From Nitrospiraceae bacterium (GTDB lineage Bacteria; Nitrospirota; Thermodesulfovibrionia; UBA6902): DNA of 64,000 nucleotides. The notes under the pieces were generated by a model. That model was not told the origin of the DNA. It did no database searches and saw nothing but the letters and a program-made list of their open reading frames with translations. A program made the translations under genes and the position numbers. Each line of letters opens with the position of its first letter. Position 1 is the first letter of the stretch. This document shows, one piece after another, positions 50,072-61,077 of this stretch. The stretch is taken from positions 3,965 through 67,964 of the forward strand of contig QZIL01000021.1 in NCBI GenBank assembly GCA_003599025.1, in the 5' to 3' direction.

Positions 50072-52897
50072 GTGAAACAAGGGACCCTTTTCATAGCGCC
50101 CATCGGCGCGCGGAACAAAAGAGAGCATCTGTTCAGGGAAATACTCTCTCTGAACCCTGACAATAATTTTTCCTCTGTCCTTTTTCTAGGGCCGAACAAT
50201 TTTGTCCTTTCAGAGACCAGGAGACAATTTTTTTCATATCTGAAAAAACAGCATAACCGGTCCGCATATGTCCCGTTTCAGACATTTACCATAAAGCAAC
50301 TCGCTTTACAGGATTATGAAATAACTCTCCCTTCACCCCCTCTTAATTTAAGAGGGGGACGGGGGGAGTTACTGCAGACATCCAGCAGACCTTCGGTCAT
50401 TTCCGAACTCATACGTCCCCTGCTTCTCTGCGAAATCCTCAAAGATACCAATATCGGCTATGCTCGCATCCTTTCGGACCTTTACAGAAAAACCGGTCAC
50501 TACATTTTGGACAAGTCCTTCGCACAAATAAAGGAAGAGATCAGTTCACTTATATTCGAAGAAAAGGCAAGGGAACGGGCTGTAAGGGCAATAGAAGTCC
50601 TTGAGTCTTATGAGGACGAATTGAAAGGGAAGAACCTCGTTGATCCCGTTAATGTACTGAGAGATGTAGGGGCTGGCCCCTGTGCCTGCCCTGGGCAACC
50701 ACAGGGGATTGCCCCTACAATAGTCATAGACGGTTTCTTTGATCCCACCCCGCTTGAAATGGAGCTTGTGAAAACACTCCTTGACAGGACTGAAAACGCG
50801 TTTGTGCTGGCAGAAGAAGGTACCGAAATACTCCAGGGCATACGGTCGTATCAGCCGGGAATGGAAACAAAACAGTTAACGCCCACACTCACAAGAGAAA
50901 AGACAGGCTGTTACACATATCCCGCAATGGAAGATGAGGTTGAAGGCATTGTGCGTAACGTAAAGAAGCTCCTGCTCGAGGGCATGAAGCCGTGGGAGAT
51001 AACAGTCAGTTTTTCTGTCCTGTCAAAGTATCTGCCGATGACAAGGAGAATTTTCAAAAAACACGGGGTCCCTCTGAATATCGGAGAATATGACCTGTCA
51101 ACCACAGGGCCTGTGACAGCACTGCTGGAGCTGCTGAACTGCATTGTGGAAGACTATCCGAGGAATGCGCTCCTCTCTTTTATGACCTCTCCGTACTTCC
51201 CGAACATTCCGGATGCCCTTAAAGAACGTGCCGTCAGTTATTCATACAGGGCAGGGATCATCAAGGGGAAGCAGTCCTGGCTCTCTCTTAAAGGTGTCCT
51301 GCAGGCCCGGCATGAAGAAAGGGTGTCAGAGGCTGAAAAGGAACGGCTGGATGATTTTCACAAGGAGATCAGCAGGATCATTGCGGTCATTGAAAATATA
51401 AAACAGAAGAAAGACCTTCTCCCGTTTATCAATGAATTTGAGGCCGCGATTGATAAATGGGGCTTTTATGATTACTTCAAGTCCCCGGAAAAAAACCTGC
51501 CGGGAGATGACACAGCTGACAGACTGATCAGCCTGTTTTCTGAACTGAGACATTTCGCCGGAATATATTCGCAGGGACCCGGGACAGCAGGTACACCTGA
51601 ATTTTATCTAAGGTATCTGCTGCAGGATATGACCGGCTTTGATGAAAGAAAGGACGGGGTGAAGATCATACCTTATGAACTGGCTGCAGGGACCGAGCCT
51701 GAGGCTTTTTTCTTCGGGGGGGTTCTTGAGGGCGATTTCCCCTCGAGGCCTGACATAGACCCCATACTGCCTGAGAAAGTAAAAAAGGCCCTGGGCATGC
51801 CAGATCTGGAGCATTACATGAACAGGCAGAAACTCTATTTCAACAGGCTCCTCAATATTTCACGGCATGACCCGGTCTTTTCCTGTCCTGCTGCCGAGGG
51901 TGATAAAATATTCCTCCCCTCGCCATTTCTTGACTGGGAAAAGATGCTTTCACCCATTGAATTCAATATCTTCACTGATGAAGATGTCCTGGTTAGGAAA
52001 GGTTCCGCACAGAAACCTGAGAGCAGCACCAGTGCAGAGACATATTTTGACAACAACTCTGCAGGCATCCTGCGCAGCATCATCGGGGCGATGTCAAAGA
52101 GATACTTCAGGGTGACGGACCTTGATTATTACAGAAAATGCCCCTTCAGATTTTATCTTGACAGGATACTCGGCCTTGAAATGGAAAAGCCCCCGAGATT
52201 TGAGGTGGAGTACAGGCTGTGGGGCACACTTGCTCACAGGACGATGGAGCTCTTGTTCAAAGACAGAGAGTGGAAAATGGACGAGTTTGAGGACAGGCTT
52301 TTCAAGTCTCTTGAGCAATGCCTGAAGGAGATCCCGATAGCTGAATTCTGGGCAGATGTAACAAGGGAAATATTCCGCAATCTCCTCCCCTTGCTCGGGA
52401 AGCAGGAGACCGACCTCAGACTGAAGGGCTACATTCCATGGCTTGTAGAGGAAAAGATAGATGCTGAGATCGAAGGGGTGAAATTCAGAGGAAAGATTGA
52501 CAGGATTGACAGAAAGATTCAAGATTCAAGATTCAAGAGTCAAGATAATCCCCCCTTTGGCAAAGGGGGGCAGGGGGGATTTTCAGATGATTCGGTCATT
52601 CTCCTGGATTACAAGACCGGGGAGATTGACAGGAAAAGCCTCCAGCTGCCCCTGTACTCCCGGATGTGGCAGGAGACGCATTCACAGCAGGTGGATGAAG
52701 CCGGATACTATTCTCTGAAGGACGGCAAGTTGACATCTTACCCGCCGAAGAAAAAAAGCATGGAGGAGTTTATCAGGGAGGCGCTGGAAGAAGCAGCAGT
52801 GCTTATAACACAGATGAAGAAAGGCATGTTCCCGGCAGAGCCGGTCACTAATGCATGCAGAAACTGCGATCACAGCGCATTGTGCGGGAAAGGGTGA
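50072..52897 (+). CDS. addB: AddB/RexB-like helicase-nuclease subunit
   Basis: IDGF; C-terminal CPFRF, GKIDRID..DYKTG, QLPLY, CRNC..LC Fe-S staple; lies upstream of the AddA-like gene. Confidence 0.8.
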   Translation: MKQGTLFIAPIGARNKREHLFREILSLNPDNNFSSVLFLGPNNFVLSETRRQFFSYLKKQHNRSAYVPFQTFTIKQLALQDYEITLPSPPLNLRGGRGELLQTSSRPSVISELIRPLLLCEILKDTNIGYARILSDLYRKTGHYILDKSFAQIKEEISSLIFEEKARERAVRAIEVLESYEDELKGKNLVDPVNVLRDVGAGPCACPGQPQGIAPTIVIDGFFDPTPLEMELVKTLLDRTENAFVLAEEGTEILQGIRSYQPGMETKQLTPTLTREKTGCYTYPAMEDEVEGIVRNVKKLLLEGMKPWEITVSFSVLSKYLPMTRRIFKKHGVPLNIGEYDLSTTGPVTALLELLNCIVEDYPRNALLSFMTSPYFPNIPDALKERAVSYSYRAGIIKGKQSWLSLKGVLQARHEERVSEAEKERLDDFHKEISRIIAVIENIKQKKDLLPFINEFEAAIDKWGFYDYFKSPEKNLPGDDTADRLISLFSELRHFAGIYSQGPGTAGTPEFYLRYLLQDMTGFDERKDGVKIIPYELAAGTEPEAFFFGGVLEGDFPSRPDIDPILPEKVKKALGMPDLEHYMNRQKLYFNRLLNISRHDPVFSCPAAEGDKIFLPSPFLDWEKMLSPIEFNIFTDEDVLVRKGSAQKPESSTSAETYFDNNSAGILRSIIGAMSKRYFRVTDLDYYRKCPFRFYLDRILGLEMEKPPRFEVEYRLWGTLAHRTMELLFKDREWKMDEFEDRLFKSLEQCLKEIPIAEFWADVTREIFRNLLPLLGKQETDLRLKGYIPWLVEEKIDAEIEGVKFRGKIDRIDRKIQDSRFKSQDNPPFGKGGQGGFSDDSVILLDYKTGEIDRKSLQLPLYSRMWQETHSQQVDEAGYYSLKDGKLTSYPPKKKSMEEFIREALEEAAVLITQMKKGMFPAEPVTNACRNCDHSALCGKG
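50322..50371. repeat. GC-rich palindrome in frame inside addB
   Basis: taactctcccttcaccccctcttaatttaagagggggacggggggagtta, encoding TLPSPPLNLRGGRGEL. Confidence 0.8.
50665..50719. repeat. GTAG-type REP doublet in frame inside addB
   Basis: tgtaggggctggcccctgtgcctgccc-t-gggcaaccacaggggattgcccctaca, encoding VGAGPCACPGQPQGIAPT. Confidence 0.8.
52514..52582. repeat. Heptamer array plus GC-rich palindrome in frame within the AddB nuclease domain
   Basis: aagattc x3, aagagtc, then atcccccctttggcaaaggggggcaggggggat. Confidence 0.8.
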
Positions 52898-52916
52898 ATG
52901 GGTTTGGCATATGTTT

Positions 52917-53007
52917 GTCATTCCCGCGAAGGCGGGAATCCAGACACCGTCCCTGCGGAAGCAGGGAACCATCAAGTAACTGGATTCCGGGTCAAGCCCG
53001 GAATGAC
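52917..53007. repeat. dRS3-like composite palindromic element between addB and addA
   Basis: gtcattcccgcgaaggcgggaatccag...ctggattccgggtcaagcccggaatgac. Confidence 0.8.
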
Positions 53008-53057
53008 GTCTATGAGGCTTTATTAACATATATCTTGGTAACACCTGACAACTATAC

Positions 53058-56000
53058 ATGAGCTATTTAGACACAAATAAAAGCGTAATGATCTCTTCTC
53101 CGGCAGGTTCCGGCAAGACCGAGAAGCTGGCGCGGCGCTATATCGCACTTCTTCAGAGCGGAGTGGATGTGGAGAGGGTCCTGGCTATCACATTCACCGA
53201 CAAGGCGGCCGCGGAGATGAAACAGAGGATACTCCGCATTCTCAGGGATGAAGATGATAAATTGTTCCGCAGCCTGCTCGAAAAAATGCCGCTCATGCGC
53301 GTGACCACGATACATTCCTTCTGCGGGACCCTGCTGAGGCGCTTTTCCTTTGACGCGGACATTGACCCTAATTACCGGATCTCTGATGAAATTGCTTCAG
53401 GCATGGAATGGGAAGAAATATTATATGACATACTGATGGATGTAGGGACACGGCAAACCCCCCTTTTAATTCCCCCCTTGGTAAGGGGGGACTCAGAGGG
53501 GTCAAGTACTTCGGGCTTCATCCTGCAGACACTGAGCGAAAAGGGTTTCAGGGGGCTGGACTATTTTAAAGGAACAATGGATTATCTCTTCAAAAAAAGA
53601 CCGTTCTCTCTTGAGGCCCAGTCCTTCATCCATGTTCCGTCAGTGAGTGATGAATTGATAGAAGAACTGCATTCATGGGACGGTGCAGCAGATGCCATTG
53701 ATAATTATAAAAGACTTTTTCTGAAGGGTTCCCGGAAGGAACTGGAATACATTAAAGAGTCCTTTTTGACAGCAGACGGGACTCCCCGCAAAAGGACCCC
53801 TTCTCACCTGAAAGGCATAGAAAATTATCATGAGTGGGCACAGAAAATGTCCTTTTACTGGATAGACACAAGACTTGAGGAATGTTCAGAACGGAGCGAA
53901 AGGCTCTGGACCATATTTAACACGTGTCTCCACAATTACTCCGCAAGAAAAAGATCAAAAGGTGTGCTCGATTTCAGCGACCTTGAATATCTTGCCTACC
54001 GTATGCTCACTGAAAACCCGGAATGGGCAAACATCCTTTACGCCTTTGACGAAAAGACCGACCACATCCTCGTCGATGAATTCCAGGACACGAACAATTT
54101 CCAGTGGGCAGTCATCAACAAGCTTACAGAAGAGTGGCGCTCCGGCCTTGGCGCCAAAAGGGAGGGAGGCACCAGGCCCACGATATTTTTTGTCGGGGAC
54201 GAAAAGCAGTCGGTCTACTTGTTCAGGGGGGCGAATGTTGAGATTTTCCACAGGGCAAAGGCCCAGATGGAGACCTGGCTCGGAAAGGAATTTCTGTACG
54301 AGGAGGCAAAGGAGAATTACCGGAGCAGGCCGGCGATCATCAATTTCACCAACATAGTTTTTTCAAAGGTAATGGGCCGTCCCGGCAACTGGCCCTGGAT
54401 AACACGCTACAGCCCCTTTACTGCAAAGAGGCCGGGCTTTCCGAATAATGGACGCATCGAACTGATACTCCTCCAGCCTGAGGAAGATATAAAAATAGAG
54501 GAGAGGAAGCTGAAAGAGGCTGACGTTATCGCGCAGAGGATAAAGTCCATTAACGGCAATTTCGAACTTGCAGAGCGGGGCAGCGAGCTGAAGAGGGTTT
54601 GCAGGTATTCGGACATCGCTATACTGCTTAAAAAGAGGACGCATCTCGCACCATATGAAGAGGCCCTGAGGAAATACAGCATCCCCTTTGTTGCTGTGAA
54701 GGGGATCGGGTTTTATCAGGAGACTGAGATCGCAATGCTGAGGGCACTGGTATTTTTCCTCTCAAACCAGCATGACGATTACAGCCTCTATCTCCTGCTT
54801 AAAAGCCCCCTGTTCAATGTCCCCGAAAGCGATATCCTTCAATTGGTCAGACTGGAAGGCGAAAGCCTGTTTGAGAAGATGGGGAATACCCCCCCTTTAG
54901 ATAAGGGGGGACACAGGGGGGTTAATGAAGCCTTCACCCTCCTCCAGAACTGGCTCACACAATCAGCGCATATGCCAATTGCTGAACTGATCGAACACGC
55001 CCTTGTCCGCACCAGGGCGTGGATATATTTCCATGAGGAACAGAAAAGGGCAAATATAAAGAAATTCATACGTATCATTGAGGACCTTGAGGCAGGAGGA
55101 AGCACGCTTGTCCGTACAAGGGAATTTCTTGAGAGGACAATTAACGAGCAGGAGGCAAAGGCAAATGTCAATACCGAGGGCATGAATGCAGTGAGCATTA
55201 TGACCATTCATGCTGCAAAAGGGCTTGAATTCCCGGTTGTTATTGTGCCGGGGATCGAGGAGGCTTTCACTCCAAAGACAGGTGACAGCCTCATATATGA
55301 AATACCCCCCAGGGAAGGTCAGGAGCAGGGCCGGTTCTTTTTCAAATCATTGCCGGAAGCGTCAATACGGGACAGCGATGATGATTTCCTTATTCACAAG
55401 GCAAAGGAGATAGAGGAGCAGATAAGGCTTTTCTATGTGGCGGTGACCCGGGCAGAAGAGGCCCTCATTCTCACCGGTTACTGGGACATCAGGGAAAACA
55501 GCTTTCTTGGTTTTCTCACTAAAGGCCTTGGGCTTGAGAAACAGAACGGGACGGTCATCGTTGAGGACCCGGACATCCCCGGACTGGCACTGCTGTCTGA
55601 AGAAGACGTCAGCATACTTTACAAACATGCGCGCAGGGAAGAAGTTATCCAGGCCGACTACGGCCGGATCGGAGTCATCCCCTTGTCCATCCCCAAGGCC
55701 GCTTCATGGCGGTCCGTGACTGAAACAGCTGAGGTACGGAGCCGGCACGGAGAGGAGTGGCTGATAATCGGGGACATAATGCACAGGATATTTGAAGGCA
55801 TATCAAAGGGGCTCATGCAGGAGCAGGACATACCAGCTAAGGCAGAGATGCTCTTCAGGGCAAAAGGGATGGGCAGGGAACAGATCGGAGACAGGATCGT
55901 GCTCATCAATAGAGACATAGAGACATTGAAGGCAAAAGGCGTCTGGCAGGACATTATAATGCCGGGCAAAGACAGATTCTCTGAACTCCCGTTTGTACTT

Positions 56001-56240
56001 GATGCCGGAGATAATGTATATAATGGAAGGATCGACAGGATAATTAAAGAGAACAATGAATATAAAATTTATGACTACAAGACCTTCCCTGTCAAGGACA
56101 ATGAGGTCAACTACCTTTTAAAGGAGTATTCCTTTCAGATGAATATATATAAGCAGGCCGTGCGGAGATTGTTTAAGACTGATGCTGTTAAGTCCCTTAT
56201 TGTGTTTACGCATACGGGGGAAGTGAGGGAGTGCAGATGA
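53058..56240 (+). CDS. addA: AddA/UvrD-like helicase-nuclease
   Basis: AGSGKT, ITFT, TIHSF, VDEFQD, VGDEKQS.Y.FRGA, TIHAAKGLEF, YVAVTRA, GRIDR..DYKT. Confidence 0.88.
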   Translation: MSYLDTNKSVMISSPAGSGKTEKLARRYIALLQSGVDVERVLAITFTDKAAAEMKQRILRILRDEDDKLFRSLLEKMPLMRVTTIHSFCGTLLRRFSFDADIDPNYRISDEIASGMEWEEILYDILMDVGTRQTPLLIPPLVRGDSEGSSTSGFILQTLSEKGFRGLDYFKGTMDYLFKKRPFSLEAQSFIHVPSVSDELIEELHSWDGAADAIDNYKRLFLKGSRKELEYIKESFLTADGTPRKRTPSHLKGIENYHEWAQKMSFYWIDTRLEECSERSERLWTIFNTCLHNYSARKRSKGVLDFSDLEYLAYRMLTENPEWANILYAFDEKTDHILVDEFQDTNNFQWAVINKLTEEWRSGLGAKREGGTRPTIFFVGDEKQSVYLFRGANVEIFHRAKAQMETWLGKEFLYEEAKENYRSRPAIINFTNIVFSKVMGRPGNWPWITRYSPFTAKRPGFPNNGRIELILLQPEEDIKIEERKLKEADVIAQRIKSINGNFELAERGSELKRVCRYSDIAILLKKRTHLAPYEEALRKYSIPFVAVKGIGFYQETEIAMLRALVFFLSNQHDDYSLYLLLKSPLFNVPESDILQLVRLEGESLFEKMGNTPPLDKGGHRGVNEAFTLLQNWLTQSAHMPIAELIEHALVRTRAWIYFHEEQKRANIKKFIRIIEDLEAGGSTLVRTREFLERTINEQEAKANVNTEGMNAVSIMTIHAAKGLEFPVVIVPGIEEAFTPKTGDSLIYEIPPREGQEQGRFFFKSLPEASIRDSDDDFLIHKAKEIEEQIRLFYVAVTRAEEALILTGYWDIRENSFLGFLTKGLGLEKQNGTVIVEDPDIPGLALLSEEDVSILYKHARREEVIQADYGRIGVIPLSIPKAASWRSVTETAEVRSRHGEEWLIIGDIMHRIFEGISKGLMQEQDIPAKAEMLFRAKGMGREQIGDRIVLINRDIETLKAKGVWQDIIMPGKDRFSELPFVLDAGDNVYNGRIDRIIKENNEYKIYDYKTFPVKDNEVNYLLKEYSFQMNIYKQAVRRLFKTDAVKSLIVFTHTGEVRECR
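53441..53502. repeat. GTAG half-REP plus GC-rich palindrome in frame inside addA
   Basis: tgtagggacacggca followed by tccccccttggtaagggggga, encoding VGTRQTPLLIPPLVRGDSEG. Confidence 0.7.
54887..54923. repeat. GC-rich palindrome in frame inside addA
   Basis: ccccccctttagataaggggggacacagggggg, encoding TPPLDKGGHRGV. Confidence 0.75.
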
Positions 56241-56995
56241 AACGGCCCTTCGGACAGCACTTCCTCTTTGACCCCAACATCCTGAAAAAGATCATCGCGT
56301 GCAGCGGGGTAACGAAAGAGGATACGGTCGTTGAGATCGGCCCGGGGCTAGGGACGCTCACAAAGTTTCTTTCATTCTACGCCAAAAAGATCATCGCTAT
56401 CGAGATCGACAGGAGGCTGATAGAGAAACTTGAAGGGATACTGGCGCCATGCAGCAATGTAGAACTGATTCAGGCAGATGCAATGAAATTCCCTTATGAT
56501 ACGATTGAGGGCAATTTCAGGGTTGTTGCGAACATCCCCTATTATATAACCACCCCTCTTTTATTCAGGCTGCTTGAATTCAAAGAAAAGGTGACCGGCA
56601 TGACACTTCTGATGCAGAAAGAAGTGGCAAAAAGGATCACTGCTTCACATGGCAGCAAGGATTACGGCGTGCTCTCTATATCAGCGCAGTATCACACAAA
56701 ACCGGAGTTGAAGTTCATGGTATCACGAAGGGCCTTTGTGCCGCCCCCTGAAGTCGATTCAGCTGTTGTGCACTTTGATGTATCGCATTTACCCCTTTTC
56801 CCGGTCGTTGACGAGAGATTGTTTTTTGATATAGTAAAGGCGGCCTTTTCACAAAGGAGAAAGACCGTTTTAAACAGCCTTAAGAAATTTGAAGGCATAG
56901 GTCATGCATTATCTGCCAGTGGCATTGACCCTAAACAGCGGCCGGAAAAGCTGAGCATAGAGGACTTTACGAGACTTGCTAACGCACTCAAGTAA
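56237..56995 (+). CDS. rsmA: 16S rRNA m6,2A dimethyltransferase
   Basis: [35 protein letters not shown]. Forms an ATGA overlap with addA. Confidence 0.95.
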   Translation: MKRPFGQHFLFDPNILKKIIACSGVTKEDTVVEIGPGLGTLTKFLSFYAKKIIAIEIDRRLIEKLEGILAPCSNVELIQADAMKFPYDTIEGNFRVVANIPYYITTPLLFRLLEFKEKVTGMTLLMQKEVAKRITASHGSKDYGVLSISAQYHTKPELKFMVSRRAFVPPPEVDSAVVHFDVSHLPLFPVVDERLFFDIVKAAFSQRRKTVLNSLKKFEGIGHALSASGIDPKQRPEKLSIEDFTRLANALK

Positions 56996-57083
56996 GTCCC
57001 TGTTCAGGCCGAAAGACAATTACAGTCAACAGGCCTCTTCATTTGCCACTGGTTATATCAAGCTATGTCTGCACTGTAACTAT

Positions 57084-59498
57084 ATGAAAAAGTTAGTTTT
57101 ACAGTCGTTACTGGCTTTCATCCTCCTGGTATCCGGCAGAGATGGGATGGCGGAGTATGTCCCAGGGGAGGTCCTGGTCAAATTCAGGGGCACTTCAGCT
57201 GCATCAGCAATAAGGAATTTGCATTCAAGTGTCGGCTCACACAAGAAAAAGGAATTCGCCCGCACCGGTCTGCAGCATATAAAACTTCCTTCCGGCATGA
57301 GTGTGGAAAAGGCAGTTGAATATTACAGACAGGACCCGAATGTTGAGTATGCAGAGCCGAATTATATAGTGCACGCAGCAGCAATCCCGGATGATCCTTC
57401 ATTTAACAGTCTATGGGGGCTTAACAACACAGGGCAATCTGGTGGAACGAATGACGCAGACATAGATGCGCCCGAGGCCTGGGACACAATAACAGGGTCA
57501 GACAGCATCATAATTGCAGTTATTGATTCAGGCGTTGCATATGACCACCCGGATTTTGCGGACAACATATGGTCAAATACTAATGAAATACCATTTAACG
57601 GGATTGATGATGACGGAAACGGATATATTGATGATGTCTACGGCTGGGACTTTGTTGAGAATGACGGTTATCCTCAGGACTATAATTCACACGGCACACA
57701 TGTAGCAGGCATTATAGCCGCACAGGGCAATAACGCAAGCGGTATCACAGGGATTATGTGGAACGCAAAAATAATGGCCGTACGGTTCCTCGGACTTACC
57801 GGAAGCGGTACAACCGCTGATGCCATTTCCGCGATCCTTTATGCAAGGGCAAACGGTGCCCGCGTAATCAATAACAGCTGGGGCAGCACTGACAACAGTC
57901 AGGCCTTAAAAGATGCAATTGACGAATTCCCAGGGGTTGTAGTCTGCGCTGCAGGCAATTCCAGCAACAACAACGACGGAACCACCACTTTTTATCCGGC
58001 AAGTCACGACAGTCCGAACATAATAGCTGTTGCTGCCACTGACCGGAATGACGGACTCGCTTCCTTTTCCAACTATGGAGCAACTAAAGTAGACCTTGCA
58101 GCACCTGGAGTGGATATATACAGCAATATTCCGTTATTCAGTTATGGCCCTCCTGAAACTCTTTATAGTGAGAGTTTTGACACTACTTCGGGGCCGCTCC
58201 CGCTTTCAGGCTGGGACCGCGGCGGCACCTATTCTTCCTGGGCAGTGACTGGAGGGACAGGGACAGGAGGGACCAACAGCCTGGAAGACAGCCCCGGTGG
58301 TAATTATCTCAACTATACTGTGTCATGGGCAGGATATATGACCCCGGTAGTTTCAGAGAAAAATTACAGGTATCTTCTGGGTTTTCAATGGAAAGGCAAC
58401 CTCCAGAGCAATTATGATTATCTCGATATTATCCTGTCGGTTGACGGGGTCAACTGGGGGTGGATCGACTACCTTACAGGGTCCACAAGCGGGAATTTCT
58501 CGGGTTATTCAGTGGATTTAACAGAGTTCGCTGACAACTATGATCAGTTTTACTTTGGCTTTGGATTGTATTCAAACGGCTCTGTTTCCGCGGATGGTGT
58601 GTATATTGATAATGTCACCCTTACAAAGGAGCCTATATCCATCTCCGGATACTCTTTCACAAGCTATAGCGGTACATCTATGGCAGCCCCTTACGTGGCA
58701 GGTGTTGCAGGTCTGGTCCTGGCAAATAATCCATCCCTGGATTACTACCAGGTAAAGGCCATCATCCTGAACAGTACAGACCCGAAAGCATCGCTCAGCG
58801 GCAAGGTCCTGACAGGCGGCAGACTGAATGCTAATAGTGCAGTCCTTAATTCAGCCTTTCCAAATACGCCTTCAGACCTGTCAGCTACAACAGTTTCTCC
58901 TTCACAGGTCAATCTCTCATGGAATGATAATGCCGTTGATGAAACTGGTTTTATGATCAGCCGGAAAAAGGGGGCAAATGGATCTTTTACAGATGTAGCT
59001 TCTGTCGGGGCAAACGTAATATCATATTCCGACACCGGCCTTTCACCGGGGACCACGTATTATTACAGAGTACGTGTATTCGGCGGGTCCTCAGGAGATT
59101 TCAACTTCTCTAACGAAGACAGCGCTACTACCCAGACAACCCCTTCGAACAACAACAACGGAGGTGGGGGCGGCGGCGGGGGAGGTGGCGGCGGCTGTTT
59201 CATCGCCACAGCAGCATATGGCAGCATGATGCATCCATACGTTAAAGAGCTGCGTGATTTCAGGGACAATTATCTTTTGACAAATGCCCCGGGACGGGCA
59301 TTTGTCGAATTGTATTACCGGTATTCTCCCCCTGTTGCGGATACTATCAGGGAGAATGAAAGTTTGAAATTTATATCACGGCTGATACTCACACCTCTTG
59401 TCATTTTAATAGTATACCCGTACCATTTTATCGGCTTGTTATTTGTCCTCTCTGTTTCTGTAGCGGTCATAAGAAGATCGGTAAATATCAGAAGCTGA
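57084..59498 (+). CDS. Secreted S8 subtilase with FN3 domain and CFI-box-CTERM tail
   Basis: Signal peptide; triad motifs AVIDSG, HGTHVAG and GTSMAAP; FN3 (PSDL..LSW..YYYRV); poly-G then [10 protein letters not shown]...LRDFRD...YYRYSP and a TM helix. Likely start is ATG 57084. Confidence 0.92.
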   Translation: MKKLVLQSLLAFILLVSGRDGMAEYVPGEVLVKFRGTSAASAIRNLHSSVGSHKKKEFARTGLQHIKLPSGMSVEKAVEYYRQDPNVEYAEPNYIVHAAAIPDDPSFNSLWGLNNTGQSGGTNDADIDAPEAWDTITGSDSIIIAVIDSGVAYDHPDFADNIWSNTNEIPFNGIDDDGNGYIDDVYGWDFVENDGYPQDYNSHGTHVAGIIAAQGNNASGITGIMWNAKIMAVRFLGLTGSGTTADAISAILYARANGARVINNSWGSTDNSQALKDAIDEFPGVVVCAAGNSSNNNDGTTTFYPASHDSPNIIAVAATDRNDGLASFSNYGATKVDLAAPGVDIYSNIPLFSYGPPETLYSESFDTTSGPLPLSGWDRGGTYSSWAVTGGTGTGGTNSLEDSPGGNYLNYTVSWAGYMTPVVSEKNYRYLLGFQWKGNLQSNYDYLDIILSVDGVNWGWIDYLTGSTSGNFSGYSVDLTEFADNYDQFYFGFGLYSNGSVSADGVYIDNVTLTKEPISISGYSFTSYSGTSMAAPYVAGVAGLVLANNPSLDYYQVKAIILNSTDPKASLSGKVLTGGRLNANSAVLNSAFPNTPSDLSATTVSPSQVNLSWNDNAVDETGFMISRKKGANGSFTDVASVGANVISYSDTGLSPGTTYYYRVRVFGGSSGDFNFSNEDSATTQTTPSNNNNGGGGGGGGGGGGCFIATAAYGSMMHPYVKELRDFRDNYLLTNAPGRAFVELYYRYSPPVADTIRENESLKFISRLILTPLVILIVYPYHFIGLLFVLSVSVAVIRRSVNIRS

Positions 59499-59546
59499 TT
59501 AGAACCCATCTCAAATCCAGGTAATATCTTCAAGGTTCCTTATATC

Positions 59547-59646
59547 GTCATTCCCGCGAAGGCGGGAATCCAGAATATTATATTTATGGTTCACCGTCTT
59601 CATGAGGACAACGTCTGGATGCCCGCTTACTACATGCGGGCATGAC
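59547..59646. repeat. dRS3-like element between convergent genes
   Basis: gtcattcccgcgaaggcgggaatccag...ctggatgcccgc...gcgggcatgac. Confidence 0.78.
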
Positions 59647-59685
59647 AATTAATTGCATTTCAATTACGAGAAAGGTTTTTGCCAT

Positions 59686-60873
59686 CTATAAGTTCGTTGA
59701 TACATTTACCTTTCCGGAACAGGTAAAAAAAATCACGGCACTCACCGCGAGCAGGAGGGCCGCTGCACCAAACGCCCTTCCATATCCGTACACCGATGCA
59801 ATGATTCCGGAGACAATAGGGCCTGTCGTATGACCGATATCCATTATCGACCCCAGTATTCCCATTGCCGAGCCGTGCGCCTCCCTGCTGCTGAGATCCG
59901 CTATCAATGCTGATGTTGCAGATGTTACTATGGACAGGCTGAGGCCGAACAAAATACTGAGGGCAAGAAGCGGTACAAACGAACCGAAATACTGAATGCT
60001 CCATATGCACGCAGCTCCTGTCAGCGCCCCGGTCGTGATCTGCGGTTTTCTTCCATGTCTGTCTGAAAATCTGCCCATTACTGGCTTGGTAAGGGCAAGT
60101 GTTATTACCTGTGCAGAAATCAGGATGCCGACCTCATATGCAGTCAACCCAGCCTTTATTGAATACAGGGGGATAAATGTCTCGAATGTCCCGTATGCAA
60201 AGAGTATCGCTGCCTCAACCGAACTTGTGATGATAATTCCGCCTGAGGAGATTACCCCCCTGAATGCCCTGAATGTTTCATTCCAGTCTCTTTCAATCTT
60301 TTTCACTTTCCCCGAATCAGGTATTTTCAGTGCAAGGACCAACGCTGTTACTCCGGCAGCACCGCATACCATATAGACCACTTTGTAACTCAGTCCGGGA
60401 TTATATACCATAAATCCTATGATGCCCCCTCCTATTGCAGGGGCAGCAAACCTGCCTGCAAGGGTCGCTGTTGAAAACCATCCGATTTTTTCTCCTCTCT
60501 CTTTATGAAACAGGTCCGCAACAAGCGCCATGGCAACAGGGACAAAGATGGCTGTTGCAAAGCCGTGATAAAACCTGATCGCAGCAAGCTGCCATATATT
60601 GCTCACCATGAGGTAAAGGAAAGGTGCGGTCGAAAAGACGATTGCCGAGAGCAGAAGCATCTTTCTCCTCCCCAGTTTATCGGACAGGATACCCGCAGGT
60701 ATACTCGCTATTATCCCTGTGAAGGCGGACACTGAAGCGACCATCCCCACTCCCGACGGACCGGCCCCAAGATGGGCGGCAAAGAGCGGAAGGACAGGGC
60801 TCTTGGATATGGTAGAACTGAATATCGCAAACAGCCCTGTGGAGCAGAGCAGAGCAAATGGACTTAAGTTCAT
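59686..60873 (-). CDS. MFS transporter
   Basis: Motif A appears twice (GILSDKLGRR and GRFSDRHGRK); about 12 TM segments. Confidence 0.93.
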   Translation of the reverse strand: MNLSPFALLCSTGLFAIFSSTISKSPVLPLFAAHLGAGPSGVGMVASVSAFTGIIASIPAGILSDKLGRRKMLLLSAIVFSTAPFLYLMVSNIWQLAAIRFYHGFATAIFVPVAMALVADLFHKERGEKIGWFSTATLAGRFAAPAIGGGIIGFMVYNPGLSYKVVYMVCGAAGVTALVLALKIPDSGKVKKIERDWNETFRAFRGVISSGGIIITSSVEAAILFAYGTFETFIPLYSIKAGLTAYEVGILISAQVITLALTKPVMGRFSDRHGRKPQITTGALTGAACIWSIQYFGSFVPLLALSILFGLSLSIVTSATSALIADLSSREAHGSAMGILGSIMDIGHTTGPIVSGIIASVYGYGRAFGAAALLLAVSAVIFFTCSGKVNVSTNL

Positions 60874-60956
60874 ATTGAAATTTGTTTTCTATTTTGTTTG
60901 TTATGCCATAAAATCATTCCGGTCAGTTCGACTCAATGCGAGTTTGTCCAGAACTT

Positions 60957-61062
60957 TCTCCCTTTAATAAGAGGGGGCAGGGGTGTGTTTATCTCAACAT
61001 CCCCCTGTATCCCCCTTTTCTAAGGGGGAAAAGAACCTGATTCCCGACAAGCGGGAATGACA
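60957..61062. repeat. Two GC-rich palindromes plus a half dRS3-like element
   Basis: ctccctttaataagagggggcagggg, cccctgtatcccccttttctaaggggga and attcccgacaagcgggaatgaca. Confidence 0.7.
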
Positions 61063-61077
61063 TCCGATGTTGTTAAC

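Noticed and set aside
52682-53061. Short ORFs across the addB-addA gap (also 29820-30008)
   Set aside because: These are translations of dRS3-like repeats (RHSGLDPES, WIPAFAGMT), a typical spurious-ORF signature.
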